The notes under the pieces were generated by a model. It was not told the origin of the DNA. It saw only the letters and a list, made by a program, of their open reading frames with translations, and did not search any database. Positions 24,801 through 37,828 of a stretch of DNA of 55,349 nucleotides are shown in pieces. The translations under genes and the position numbers were made by a program. The DNA is taken from contig LWCA01000096.1 in the NCBI GenBank assembly GCA_001642005.1, positions 1 through 55,349 on the forward strand. Reading direction: 5' to 3'. The first letter of the stretch is position 1, and each line of letters starts with the position of its first letter. Origin of the DNA: Intoshia linei (taxonomy: Eukaryota > Animalia > Orthonectida).

Positions 24801-27800
24801 TACTTTTTTTCGAAATTTCATGGTTCAAATACTGATAAAGTTGCGTGTGATAGTTTTATGATAATCGTGAAAAGAAGAAAAATTTTCGGAAATTTTTAGT
24901 GGAAGAGCTTGCCATTTTAAAAATTTCATACAAAAATGTTCTACAAAAACTAAAATATAAATTTATTCACTGGAATGTTACGATGAGATCATGTAGTTAT
25001 GTTTTGAGTGGTCTTGTGTTGTTTGTCATGTTTCGTTATTCACTTTGCATCTTTAAATTCAAAATGTATAAGTAAAATAAATAATAAGTAATCAAAATGT
25101 TCTTGCTCGAAACGATAATCCTTTTGAACTCATGGATTTCAATAATATCATTTTAATCAACTTTTGAATCAATTGAATGTGTTTATTTTTATTATCATTT
25201 GCTATTTGAAAAGTTTTGATTTTTTTCCATTTAAAAAAACGTCCATGTATTTGAATTGAGTCATAATATAGATAAGAATAAAGTTTCCAATTGACTAATA
25301 CTATACAGCGTCTACATTATCAAAATAAAAGTCTAAATCTAAATTAGAAAAAAAGAAATGGAATATAAATTGATTGAAACAGAAATGAATTTTTTGGCCA
25401 AGGATATCTGCGATAAATGGAAGATATTAAATGAATTATTGACTAAAAGTGATTTTGAATTGATAATGGGAAAGAAAAAATTAGACAATTCATTAAGACC
25501 TAAAGATGCAATTAAGGTTTTGATTGAATCATCTAAAGTGGAATATACATTTAAAAACAAAGTCAAAGTTTTTCAGATTGGACAATTAAAAACGGAAACT
25601 GTAGAAGAATTTCATGATAGATTAAAAAAAATGATTTTGGCTACTAATTGGGACACATCAAAGGCAAAAGGCACATTTGTAATGTTTTAAAACTTAACGC
25701 ACTTCATTCACAGTATCTACCTGTCAAGTATTGGAAAAATGAAAATTTGCGCCAAATCATGTCAATATTGATAAACTTTGAAATTAATATTACGACACCG
25801 ACCTCAATTAAGTCATTTGAAATGACATGTTACAAGTGCAGAGAAATTGGGCATATTGCACTCTATTGCCCCGTTAAAAATACAAATACATGTAAAAAGA
25901 CACCATCAAACGTTAAATATAATAGATTTACTCGAACGGATAAAAATTCAATAAGTAAAGAAATTGTTTTCTCACATCAAGATCAAAATGTATTATTTCC
26001 TTTTATTATTGACACGGAATCACAAATTAATTGTTTTAATTATATGAATTTAGAAAAGTTTAAAGAATTGAATATTGATGAAAGTAACATTATGCTATAA
26101 AAATAAAAAATTGTTATTCTACATTACAGATACATGTAACATTTTAGGGTGCCCAGATGCAATGGATCTGGGAATCATATATACAAAATTGAATATAACT
26201 GAAAGCAAGGATTTTAACAACATTATAAACGAAAAAACGGGAAGAACTGACGTTTTAGAACACACTATCGAGTTAAAACCAGGATATGAATTAAAAAAAT
26301 CAAAACTTTTCAAATAGCAAATAATGTAAAAAATAAGCACATTGAATTGATTCAAAAATTGATTAAAAATGACATTATTGAACCTAGCTGTAGCTCTGTA
26401 TCGTCAAATTACTTTTTAGTTTAGAAAAAGGATGATACAGATAGAATTGTACATGATTTTCGATATTTAAATTCATTTACCATTAGAGACAAGTATCCTG
26501 CACCAGACTTGAAAAAAGTATTGGATTCATTAAGCGGAAAGTCTATTTTTTCAACATTAGACCTTACCAATGGTTTTTGGCAGATACCATTAGCAAAGGA
26601 GGACCGTTGGAAAACGTCTTTTACATCATTTGAATATAAACGCTACCAGTATAAAGTCATGCCGCAGGGTCTCACCAATTCACCCGCAACCTGTTAAAAA
26701 TTAATGAACAGAATACAGAAATTGAGTCCTTCAAGGTTAAATACCCCAATTGTTCTTTGGTTCTTTTGAGAACCACTACATTAGTTACTAATGTATCAAC
26801 CAAATATTAAAAAAAATGTAAAATAAATAAAATTTACCCTAAACAATGTTTTATATGAGGAAATGATATTTTTGTCATTCGATTGATTAATAAATAAAAA
26901 ATTTACTAAAAACACGAGAATGTTTGAAAAAACAGTAAATCCAAATCTAAGAATAAAATTTTATAATTTTAAAGATTACCTTATAGAATTGAAAATGATG
27001 CTATCTCTTTTATTTCTGGACAAATCAGAAAGTAGTGCAAGATGTGAGACTTGTACAATTGCCCATCCAATTTGAAATAACATAACAATAGGTATATAAA
27101 AAAAGAGGCTTCCAAGTTTAGTTATATTGTGACAACTGAGACATCCAACGAATATAAAAATGAAAGATACACAAACTATTCCAGTTCCTATTTATTTAAT
27201 GAGTATATAAAATCAGTATCAATATTTTTACCAATTAAATGAACTGATTTTCGTTTTCCATATTTTCTGAATCCATTAAATTTATCGCTTAAAATACCTA
27301 AATAAATACTCATGACATTATTCGTCTTATCATGTTTCATTATTTATAAATCATGATAAAAATAAACATTTATAGCTGTGCTAAAATAATTAAAAAAAAA
27401 TGTAAATGTCATTTTGTAATTTAATGTAATTGAGAAAATTGAAAACAGTTAATTTAAAACAAGGTTAAAAAAACAGTAAATATAATTTATAAATTATTGA
27501 TACAAGATAAATGTATATATAATATCACAATTATAATCATCAAAAAAAGCATGCTAAATTTAATTAATAATATAATAATATACTGCAGATTGTAATTCAA
27601 TTATTAATATACAATGGATAAAATTGTTCAAAACTAAATAATATCGCTTTTACTCGAAAGTAATCGTCACAATTTAATTTAACTGTTGACAACTCGGTTG
27701 TATTCAGATATTTTTATCAGTACTGTTTACAAATTAAATTTATTGTTGTGATTACTCAATAGTAAACAGTTAAACTATTATAAAACTACTATGCAAATGA

Positions 27801-29917
27801 CAATTTGTGAGATTTTTCAGTATTTTTATTATCAATTCATTAGAACCGTCGAATTAATTTCTATGAATTAGATCAATATAATCAATATTTTATGAAATGA
27901 TTTAATGTTTTGAACTTATTTGGTCGTTGTTTAGATTTGGAAAGGTTGGAAATTTTTCAACATTGACATTTCACAACAGGAAACGGTAAATAAGTCTAAA
28001 ATTGCATATTATGAACATATTTTTGACCAAACCCTTGAAGGATAATTTTTATACCAAATCCTACATGGAGGTATTTTTCATTAAATTCTAAATAAAAATT
28101 TTCAGTTATTTTTTTACAAAACTCGAAATTTAAGCTTTAAATGAAATGCACAATAATACTGATTCAAGATAAAAACATTTAATTAATATAAAATATCATT
28201 ATATTGGGTTGATAATAAATTATCAAGATCATTTCTCATGGACGATCTTTCCCTGTAGCAATCATATGATTGTTTTCGCTTTAATGCTTTTTCGCGATTT
28301 GTTGGTGACTTATTGTAGTTCAGTTTAAAACATATAAAATGACCGATAATACTATTTTCGCATCTTTTCGTTATATAAAACCGGTGGTAACCATGTAAAA
28401 TAGTTTGAACTGATGTTTATTCGTTCCAAATTAAGTTCAGAATTTTGTAAAACTTTGATTAAAACCTGCGGATCAAGCAGGTCATTTTAGTTAATTTTAA
28501 AAATGACATAGTGAATATATTGCTTAAGAGCAACGGATTTTCACTACGCGCAATTAAAATTCAGATGTGTGTGACACCCTAATCAACATAGATCGGTCGT
28601 TTTCTATTTTCCCACCATTTGTTCTTTAGGCAATCGTAAAGTAGAGTTAATTTTAGGCGAAGGACTTCGTTTTCTATGGTCAACTAGGAATCCAATTAAA
28701 CTGTGATACAGTAGTTCCAGTTCTATTTTATAAAATCCAGTAATATCGAAAAAGGCATCATTCTCTGAAACAAATTTATAAATAGAACCACTAAAATCAA
28801 TTTCAATTTCTGTTATCAACAATATCCACATTTTCAATTGCATCTTCCCCCTTGTCAATAGCTCTCAAAACGCTATTCATTAAGGATCAATTAGAGTTGG
28901 GCATTAAAACTATAAATGTATATAATTTATTGTAAATATTCATATTACCAAATAAATAGCACGGTATACTTTTTATAAAAAAATATTTTTCTAACAATGT
29001 AAATCAAAAATAAATTGTATCTATAGCTTGAGTTTTCAATTATCTAGTTCGCGTGAGTGTAAATTATAAAATTTAATTTAACATCTGTTGTAAAAAATTA
29101 AATTATTGAAAAAAACATGTAAAAACACAAATAGTATAATTAAAATTAAGTTCTATGTCATACATCTCGGCTTAACAGATATTTAAATAATTTAATGTCA
29201 TTTCAATTGAAAACGGAATTGTTCAAAGTTGTATCGAGTTGTCAACAGTTAAATTAAGTTGTTCCGAGTACATTCGAGTAATAACGATATTATTTAGTTT
29301 TGAACAATTTTATCCAATGTAATTATCACTTATTTAATTACGTTAGAATTATTGATAGTATAGTTGAGTAGACTGATACTTTAATTTAAAAATAATTGGT
29401 AGGCAGAATTTTCAATTTATCAAGTTCAAGGTGAATAGAGTTGTATTTATTAAATTACATTATCTGACAATAATAATGTTTTTCAAGGACTTTACTTTAA
29501 AGGCATAAATTTTATCGTTTCTAATAAAGTATTTTATAAAAAAAATAAAAAAATGTGGAACTGAATTATCATTTAAAGTTGAAGTTTTTTTAATAATATG
29601 AATATGTAACTATCATGTATTATTATTTATATACCTGCTATGGGAGTAGTGATTGCATCCGTAATTTGACCAATGAGAAATACATAAGAAGCATATATTG
29701 CGCCAAGTTTAAGAACATATTCAAAATATAATATTATGTATGTAAACCACATTGAAGCACAAATATCATTTAATACATGACCCATGGCAAAAACAACTTT
29801 TTGCAATAAATTTGTATTAGTTCTCCTATCATTTTCATTAAAGAGATTGTTGATGGAAACTACATCGCTGTATAATTCCTGTTTTTCACCAATCGATATA
29901 TCCTCAGAAATTTCCAT
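21884..29917 (-). CDS. MFSD12: MFSD12-like major facilitator transporter
   Basis: Exon 1 (29917-29635) has FAMGHVLNDICASMWFTY..LIGQITDAITTPIAG. Later exons have GKRKSVHLIGT, FQIGWAIVQVSHLALL, RFGFTVFSNI and GCASFSDKLFNG. Stop at 21884. Confidence 0.92.
24976..26715 (+). mobile_element. Degenerate, 3'-truncated Ty3/Gypsy LTR retrotransposon, antisense in an MFSD12 intron
   Basis: Gag with CCHC knuckle CYKCREIGHIALYC, protease FIIDTESQ, and RT motifs DFRYLN..DKYPAP, FSTLDLTNGFWQIPL, YQYKVMPQGLTNSPAT. Has stops and frameshifts and ends before YxDD. Possible LTR TGTTACG...CTACA at ~24976-25316 (weak). Confidence 0.9.
27609..29321. mobile_element. 1.7-kb element with ~95-bp TIRs in MFSD12 intron 1
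   Basis: tacaatggataaaattgttcaaaactaaataatatcg...ctgttgacaactcg versus cgagttgtcaacag...gatattatttagttttgaacaattttatccaatgta. A third TIR copy lies at ~53945-54021. Confidence 0.75.
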
Positions 29918-30629
29918 ATACCAATATAAATAAATCGAATTAACACATCTGTTATAATATTTAATTTTCAAGACAATTTCGTTTATACAAGTATATTGTA
30001 TTTTTTATATAATAAATACAATTCTATAATTAATTAAATCAACAATCTTGAAGGTATTAGATTTTGAAGTTTATCATATTATCATTTTGTGATTGTGAAA
30101 TATAATTAATATATAAACGTATCCGTATTTTTATTCCAGTGTACATTAATATATACATTATAATATAGTATTTTATAAATGTTTACGTATCAAACCCAGT
30201 ATATACGTAAAAGGTCAATATAGATCAATAAAACACCAATTTAATGTATTATATTACATTTTAAGTAAATAAAAGTGTCTGAATGATTCATACAACTTTT
30301 TATCGGAAAATTTCAATTAATTAAATTACATACATAATAAATTATATTGTAGATTGAATGTGTTCTGTAATTTTTCTATTTTATTCTTGTAGTTTTTGGA
30401 TTACTCATTACAGTTTTTGTAGTTGGCAATGATGGATACAATTTAATCTAGGTCACATTTTTTCAAAAGTAACCAACGGTAGAAACGCATATCAACTAAT
30501 CATTAACAAGTACGTTATTGAAAAATTTACGTGATAAAAATAGATGTACAATACAATGTATTAAAATTAAATTAGAATTAAAATGTATCCTAAATTACGC
30601 TAATTAAAATAGGTTAGAATTTTATAATG

Positions 30630-31229
30630 TATACCATTTACAATCCAATTGAACTAAACTGAAATTCATTTTCGCAACTTTAGAAATTTAAAATTTAAAT
30701 TATAAATGATATAAATCAGGGATGGGCAACATACGGCCCGCGAGTGTTTAGATTCGGCCCGAAATATTTTTTAATTTAAAATTCTAAATTGTACATTATA
30801 ATTAAAATTAAAATTAAGAGTGTAAAAATTCACATAATAACATATTTTGTCGTCTTATATGAGCAAGACAATAAAAAAGAGAAAAGTGTACTCTTTTTAT
30901 ATTCTCGTCCAATTTCTCTAAAAAACTTTCATTGTATAATTCATCAAGAAGAATTATGTGGAAAATCGATGAAACTTAACGATATAATGACATTTGTCAT
31001 AAAAACTGTAAATTTTATTTTGTATAATAAAAATTTAAAATAAATATATTCAAACCAAAAATTCTTAAAATTTATTTGTCCGGCCCACCCATCTATTTTA
31101 TATAACAATCCGGCCCGCTATCACAGAAAGTTTCCCATCCCTGATATAAATGTTTCCTAGTTGCGAAATTGAATTTAAGTTTTGCGAAATCAGATTTCAG
31201 TTTAGTGAAATTGGATTGTAAATAGTATA
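30630..31229. mobile_element. Small TIR element interrupted by a hAT insertion
   Basis: tataccatttacaatccaatt..actaaactgaaat versus atttcagtttagt..aattggattgtaaatagtata. Confidence 0.7.
30717..31143 (+). mobile_element. Buster/Charlie-type hAT deletion derivative
   Basis: TIRs CAGGGATGGGCAAC / GTTTCCCATCCCTG, subterminal CGGCCC motifs and a perfect TSD atataaat. Transposase remnant FHCIIHQEELCGKSMKLNDIMTFVIKTVNFI. Confidence 0.93.
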
Positions 31230-31719
31230 CTCATATTATATGAGTCATATATCATAAATCATTGATTACATTGTTAATTATGCACATATGAAAGTCTGTG
31301 TGTGCGTTACCATTAATTTATAAAACATTCTGATAGTTTTACAAGAATAAGACAGTCTCGTAAATTCAATTTTAGGAAATTTACATCTTTCAGGTGAAAC
31401 CGCAATTTAACATATTATTACCAAATATTTTATGGAGATGGATGCTAGGCTCATATGACGATCACATAGGACCAGATTAAGACGGTCTACTATTCTAAAT
31501 TAATAGGTATTTTTAAAAAAAATTTCGTTTGTGCCACGAACGTTTTTAACTCCAAGGTAGTGCTGAAAAAAAAGACAACTGCCAGATTAAACAGTGGATA
31601 TATACACTATATTTACTGTATATTATAATAAACTTGGCTGTTTTGTACTTCGTACAAACAGTCATTTTATATCGAACCATATAAGCAACAATCAAGAAAA
31701 TTGAGACAATAATGCTTTT

Positions 31720-32280
31720 TTGGGCAACCTTAGTGAGATAGATGACGTCGATACGGTACAATGTGATTTGTGTGATGAATGGTTTCAAAATCGCGTATCA
31801 CTAAGTCGTCGCAACATACGGATGTTACATGAGTCGGTAAACGAGTGGGATTTAGAATGTTATACTGGACATAAATTCGGTGTAAATACTGAAATATCAC
31901 CAAGAATCGAAGAAATAGTCGTATTTAACCCAAAACGAACGTCGAGTCCTAAGTTGACTAATTTGATAAAAAAATAATTAATGGAATTAATTATATATAT
32001 AAATAAATATAAATGAATATAAATAATAAATAAATAAATATAAATAATTAATTGAATACCTTTTCGCCAAAAGAGCTTATCACAAAGATCTCGCAGGAAA
32101 TCAATATTTGTTGTCGCTGTTTGAATGCCTTTTCGCAAAAAGAGCTTATCACAAAAATTCCGTAGGAAATCGATATTTGTCGTCACCGATTGAATGCCAT
32201 TTCGCCAAAAGAGCTTTTTACAAAGAGTAGTCAAACACCCCAAAATCAAGGATGGAGGTGTAGTAACTATAGTTACTAAT
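31720..32280 (+). pseudogene. Degenerate PHD-like fragment followed by a 69-bp tandem repeat
   Basis: VQCDLCDEWF motif with the downstream H/C ligands lost. About 2.5 copies of ttgaat(a/g)cc..tcgccaaaagagcttatcacaaa at 32052-32225. Confidence 0.45.
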
Positions 32281-32784
32281 TCGTTGTCGATAAGAAAGTT
32301 CAATTTCTTTTTAAATTCCATTTCAATACATGTTTTATTTCACAAATTATTAATTGATTTTGTTTATAATAAGAGTAATTATATAATCGGACGATCCTAT
32401 TACAACACATTAATACTTTTTGTAGATTTTTGATATGAGTAAAATTTGAAAATAATTGTTTTATCTTTATATTTTGATAAATAAATTTGTAAAAAAAACT
32501 ATTTATTTTTTTTTTAATTGTAAACTCTAACTAGTCGTATTTATTTAAATAATATAATCTTTATGATTGTTGATGAAACTTCGTTAAATGGTAAAAAATT
32601 TGCTAATTTTCTGATAAATACAGTATTTATAATATATTTAAGCTTAGCAAACAAACCTTATATTATTTTACAATTTAGCGAGAAGAATTCTTGTTTCATT
32701 GGTTCTTATGAGAACATCAATTTACTTTCTATTACTAGTGTTTCAATAGAAACCCTGTCTATGAAACTATGAAATATATGACTA

Positions 32785-33752
32785 CAGTCCGACCCCGCTT
32801 TGGGGCACTTTTGCAGAATTATGTTAATTTTATATCGATGGCATAGCAATATATGTATATATGTGAAATTAAACCCGCTTTTGGGGCAAAAATGTTGTAA
32901 ATATAAAATATATAAGTTAATTGCTATAGTGATACCATTAAATTAAAATTATATTATTTAAATATTTTGCATACATTTTCATATGTATTTATCATAATTA
33001 GGGAAAACTTTTTATAACCTATAAAAAAAATTCTTAACTTTATTAACCTATAAAAAATTTATAAACTGTTTTCAGTTAAATAAAGTTTTAAAATATTGTG
33101 ATTTTTTCCTGTCTCGATTTGGAATTTTTGCCATACTTAAATATCAATAGTACAAAAAGTAACATAATATTACCTTATAACAAATCGTAATCAGTAAAAT
33201 TTAAAATAAAATGCACGCGTAACAATTAAATATTTCAAAATGTAACTTTATAACTTCATATAAAAAATATAACTTATGAGGAAAAATTGTAACTTTATTA
33301 ACCTAAATTTTTTTTAATTAGTCAATTAATATGGATAATTTTAGTACCACCATGTTTAAAATTTGAAACTAATTAACATATCAAAAATTAACTTTATTAA
33401 CTAATGCTTGCCCTAATCATAATTCATTAATTTTTCATTCATGCCTATATTTTAATATCTGATAAATTATTAATTACTATTCTAGATTAGAAAGTAACTA
33501 TAATTCTAAAAATTAAGTATATATTATTACAAAAATATTCATAACTTTGATTTGAGATTTTTATTAAATTTTAATTATCAGGTATTTACCTGAAAATATA
33601 ACCATAAACAGTGTTGGATTCTAATAGAAACAAATACAATATTATAATGTATTGTAATAGATTAAATATTCAATGAAAAATTAAATAACTTACTAAAACC
33701 CCTGATTTTGGGGCAATTTTCAAAAAATAGTGCCCAATCCGAGGTCCGACTG
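32785..33752. mobile_element. TA-flanked Tc1/pogo-type MITE
   Basis: TA|CAGTCCGACCCCGCTTTGGGGCAC ... GTGCCCAATCCGAGGTCCGACTG|TA, with internal ttggggca repeats. Confidence 0.75.
32999..33415. mobile_element. hAT-type MITE nested in the 32785-33752 element
   Basis: TAGGG...CCCTA ends with a perfect TSD atcataat (32991-32998, 33416-33423). Internal aactttattaacc repeats. Confidence 0.7.
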
Positions 33753-34447
33753 TACTAATAAACAAAACATAATCTAATCATAATTTGCTCCGCAGATCAG
33801 TTTTCTGACAACTTTCTACAGGAGCAATTATACAATAACTATTAATATATAACTAAATAAAGCATGACGTATATAAATATCTAATTGTAATTTTCTTTGC
33901 ATTAAAAATAGGTAATGAAATAGATAAAAAATTGAACGACTTAAATATAAACTTCACCCTCGGTAGAGGTTGTTTGTACATTGAAATTTCAAAATTGCAA
34001 AGGCGTATCTGGCAAATACAGTTAAAAACATAACATTATATTATTACAGATTTTGATTTAAAATAAAATATATCTTAAATTACACTGTCCAATACTTAAA
34101 AAAAATAAAATCAATGTAACCTACAATCCAAATGTAAACAAATCATTCTACATAATTCCACTTGGTTTGTTTTATCCGTGTTAGACAGAGTTATTACTGA
34201 TACAACTACTGCAAATACAGGAAAACATTAGGGTGCTGTAAATCTTTTACAAAAAGAATTTGAATTATTTAAAATACAGTTTATCGGTTGTAGATTTCAC
34301 ATTTTGGATTTAATCATAAAACACCTAACCCAAATTTTAAATTATAATTCAAGTTATCTAAATATGGATTATTATTTTATTACGTTACAAAAACAAAATT
34401 TTATAAACTTAAAATCAAGACATGGCAAAATTTAAATTATATAATCA

Positions 34448-35836
34448 CTATCTTGGCAGTTTTGTACTACGTACAAACAGCACCTATCTCTGCTGAGGGC
34501 ACTCTTTCATTATACCAAAAAATGAATTCACGTTGAAAATCTAACTTAAAAATTCTACTATTAACTATTATCAATCCTTTTTGTTAACATTTGCGTAAAG
34601 AATTTAAACATAATTGTTATCCCATTTTTTTAATTTATTAGATAGATTGTGTGTATAATTTTAAAAATAAAGTAAAAACAGTCCAATCCTAAAACTTGTC
34701 ATAAATAGCATAAATTCCAAAAAAAATAAAATTATAAAAACACATTTCGTCATTTTCAATGTAATGACATATATTCAGTATCAATTTGATAAATACTTAA
34801 GAATACCAATTGTGTATAAATAATTAATTCAATCATCATTTTATAAATATTTCAGTCGGATTTTACCATTATTGCAAAAGATTGTAATATAAAAATGATT
34901 GATTTTATAAATGTATCCATACTTTTGACCTTTTTTCTTGTGAATGTTATTTTTCTTTTTACTATTTTATGTTAAATTTGTAACAATTATCAATAAAAAA
35001 AATAACACGTTTCAGTTAATATAAATTTAATTTTATAAATTCGTTGCTATAATGTTAAAATTTAAAAATTGTGTAGCAATTAAAAAAAATTGCGAAGGAA
35101 TGAATTGCATAGATTTTCACCCATATGTCTTCATTGGAAATGTGTAGACGTACAATAAACATTTTTTTTGAAATTGTAGGATCAATATTTACCTTTTTAA
35201 TTTTTGATTTTAATCGAAATATTGGTTGATAATATATTAAAAATTATTTTTCACCGGGAATGCGTAGATTTCTGGATTTGAAATTTTGTATTTATATCCA
35301 TTGGAATAAGCTTTATCAGAATAATCCTTTTTTTAAATTTTTGGACCGTTAATTATTTCATATTTTTTGTTTTAATAAAATAATTCGGGAAAAAAATATA
35401 TGAATACTAAAATGCTTTTTTGACCGTGAAGTCGTAACTTAATCAATTGAAATTTTTTGTGTGTGTTAACAGGATACAACTGTACCACTTGTAAATTTTG
35501 AAATTCTAGGGCTGTTTTCATTAAAAAAAGAAAAGTAATTTGTGGTTTTGGCCTGTGGTTGTGGTAAATTTTTGATAATGTTTATAATTTTAAAATCCGT
35601 ATTAGCGTATATATTTTTTAAATTCTCCAACTCGTTTTATTTTCAAAAAGAGGGACAATTGAGGTTTTTGATCCGTAAGATGTGAGTTTGGGAGATTGAA
35701 ATTATGTTTGCGAACACCCCCGAAGAAAACTGTAATTGAAATGTGGACTTTATAAAATTCTAAGACTAGTAATTATTTCAATAAAGTGGAACACACACAC
35801 AAACAAAAATAGCGTAGAATATTATATAAGTAAAGA
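34448..35836 (-). mobile_element. Helitron family, long copy
   Basis: Colinear with 51654-53134. Hairpin gtactacgtac present; termini slightly mutated (5' TCTTTAC, 3' ATAG). Confidence 0.85.
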
Positions 35837-36063
35837 TAAGCAATTTTTTTTACAATAAAGTGTATGAAAAATAAAACGTCAATAAAATATTTAAAAACTG
35901 AAATATAATCTATAAACAGATACTTTCACACCAAAACTAAACTAACCCTGAATGGTTAAAAATGATGAAATTAATTAAAATAAACAAAAACGAACATATA
36001 AATTTAATGAAAAATTAGTGCAAATACATTCAGATTATTGTAAACTATGAAAGTATAGAGACA

Positions 36064-37416
36064 TTATTCCATAATAACCATCAAAGCCATTTCAGTGATA
36101 CCGCATCTGTTGTCTCCTCTCAAGATTCTAAAATAACCTTTCTCACCCCAATCGGCTCCCCAACTGTTTTTTACTATCCAATAATCAACCGATTTCCCAT
36201 CAATTATTTCAGATCCATACCCGACAATGAGAACAGCATGATTCAGATACGTCTCGGTGCAATACTCAGGATTATGAATTCCACCAGTATACAATTGTAA
36301 ATTATTAGCATTTAGTGCTATTGATATTGGACCGATATTAAATAAGATTTTTTTCATTTCTTCTTCGTCGTGCTTTTTAATTCTGTACTCAGTTGCTACT
36401 TTTGCGATAACTTTTGTCTTGTCAAACATGCACACCCGGAATAAGGATGATAAGGATATTGATGTTCTGATTCTATTCCACCCATTTCTTTCACCTTTTC
36501 AATTGCTTTATATGGAAAACCACCATTACACCTATAATCAGTATTGTCACAATCAATGATTTCTTGTTCAGAAAATGAAAGAAGGTTTGAATTTTTTATG
36601 GCATACTGACCTTCCATACATCCAGTCACTGAAAATGCCCAACATGAACCGCAAGGACCTAAAATTTATATATGATATTTTATATTTTACAAAAGCTTCA
36701 TTCTATTAAATGTGGTTCCCTCGAAAAAAATTAGTCATAATCTTGAATGTAAAATCTAAACAATATATCAGGCATTTTGTAAATTTAAAATGTGGAAACA
36801 GCTGATAATCCCGATAATGATGGTGGATACTCCCCTTAAGCCATGGAATCTCAGGATGTATGAAAAATTATGACAAATGGTAGTTATTTATACTTAATAT
36901 TTAAAATAAATTACCTTGATCCTTAATTTCAGTAACAACTTCGTGATCAGCCCAATTGAAAAATGATGGTAAAGTACGTCTGTGATACCCTTTTTTTGTG
37001 TGTATTTTAAATATGTTAGATGATATAGTTGTATTGTCGAATCTTCTAATTTCAACATCTGGTGAGTTGTACATGTTCACTTTACTCAAATATCTGGCAT
37101 TGAATTCATTGACGGAAATTAAATTAAATTTATTATGTCCATAAGTTGCATATCCATTACTTGCTTTAGTCAATTCAGCAGCAATTTTTAGATTATATTT
37201 TGGATGCGTGAATTCTTCATTACTAACAGAGTTTAAGTTTCTCTCGTATATCATTTGAGATATAAAATCGTCCTTTCTGCTTCTAATTCGATTATAAGAT
37301 TCTTTGACAATGAAGCCATCTTCTTCTTTAAGGGTGATGAATTGCAAATCTTTAAACAATACTCCCCCAAAAATGGAGTTAATTTGGAAAAAAGCAATAA
37401 TTAATGCAAGATACAT
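36064..37416 (-). CDS. Cathepsin F-like papain-family (C1A) cysteine protease with an apparent 1-nt frameshift
   Basis: Signal peptide and prodomain in 37416-36915. Exon 2 from 36658 has QGPCGSCWAFS, SEQEIIDCD, CNGG, LNHAVLIVGYG and WIVKNSWGADWGEKGY. The frame switches near 36435. Confidence 0.9.
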
Positions 37417-37828
37417 TGAGAATGTAATAAAATAAATACAATGAAGAATTTTTGTGCAAATATTAAAAGTTTAGCTAAATATATATGTACTTTATAGTAA
37501 AATCTACCACGTATGTAGAATAAGTATCTACAAGGTACATAGAATAAGAAATATAAAGATAGTATTTACCTTTCAAAATAATTTTTTTAATTTTTCTATT
37601 CTCTAAAGTCTAAACTAAGTCTCTAAACTAAAATTTCTAAACATTTTGGGCTTTACAACACCATAACAGCGCTGTATTTAAAAAAGTACTTAAATACAGA
37701 TCTCCCTCTATTAAAGCGATTTATAATGCCAGAATATCAACCACAGAAATCGAGTTCATCGAGAAAAATCAACCAATACTTTAATTTAAAAAATTTGATT
37801 TTTAGAAAAGAATACAATATGTTTAAAT

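Noticed and set aside
26300-26715. In-frame TAA/TAG in Gypsy pol as stop-codon reassignment
   Set aside because: Host genes end normally in TAA. The element also has frameshifts and a truncation, consistent with ordinary decay.
32052-32225. Direct repeats as a CRISPR array
   Set aside because: The whole 69-bp units are homologous, so there are no unique spacers. The context is eukaryotic and there are no cas genes.
31860-32321. 153-aa minus-strand ORF as a real gene
   Set aside because: It is built from the tandem repeat and an AT low-complexity tract, with no recognisable domain.
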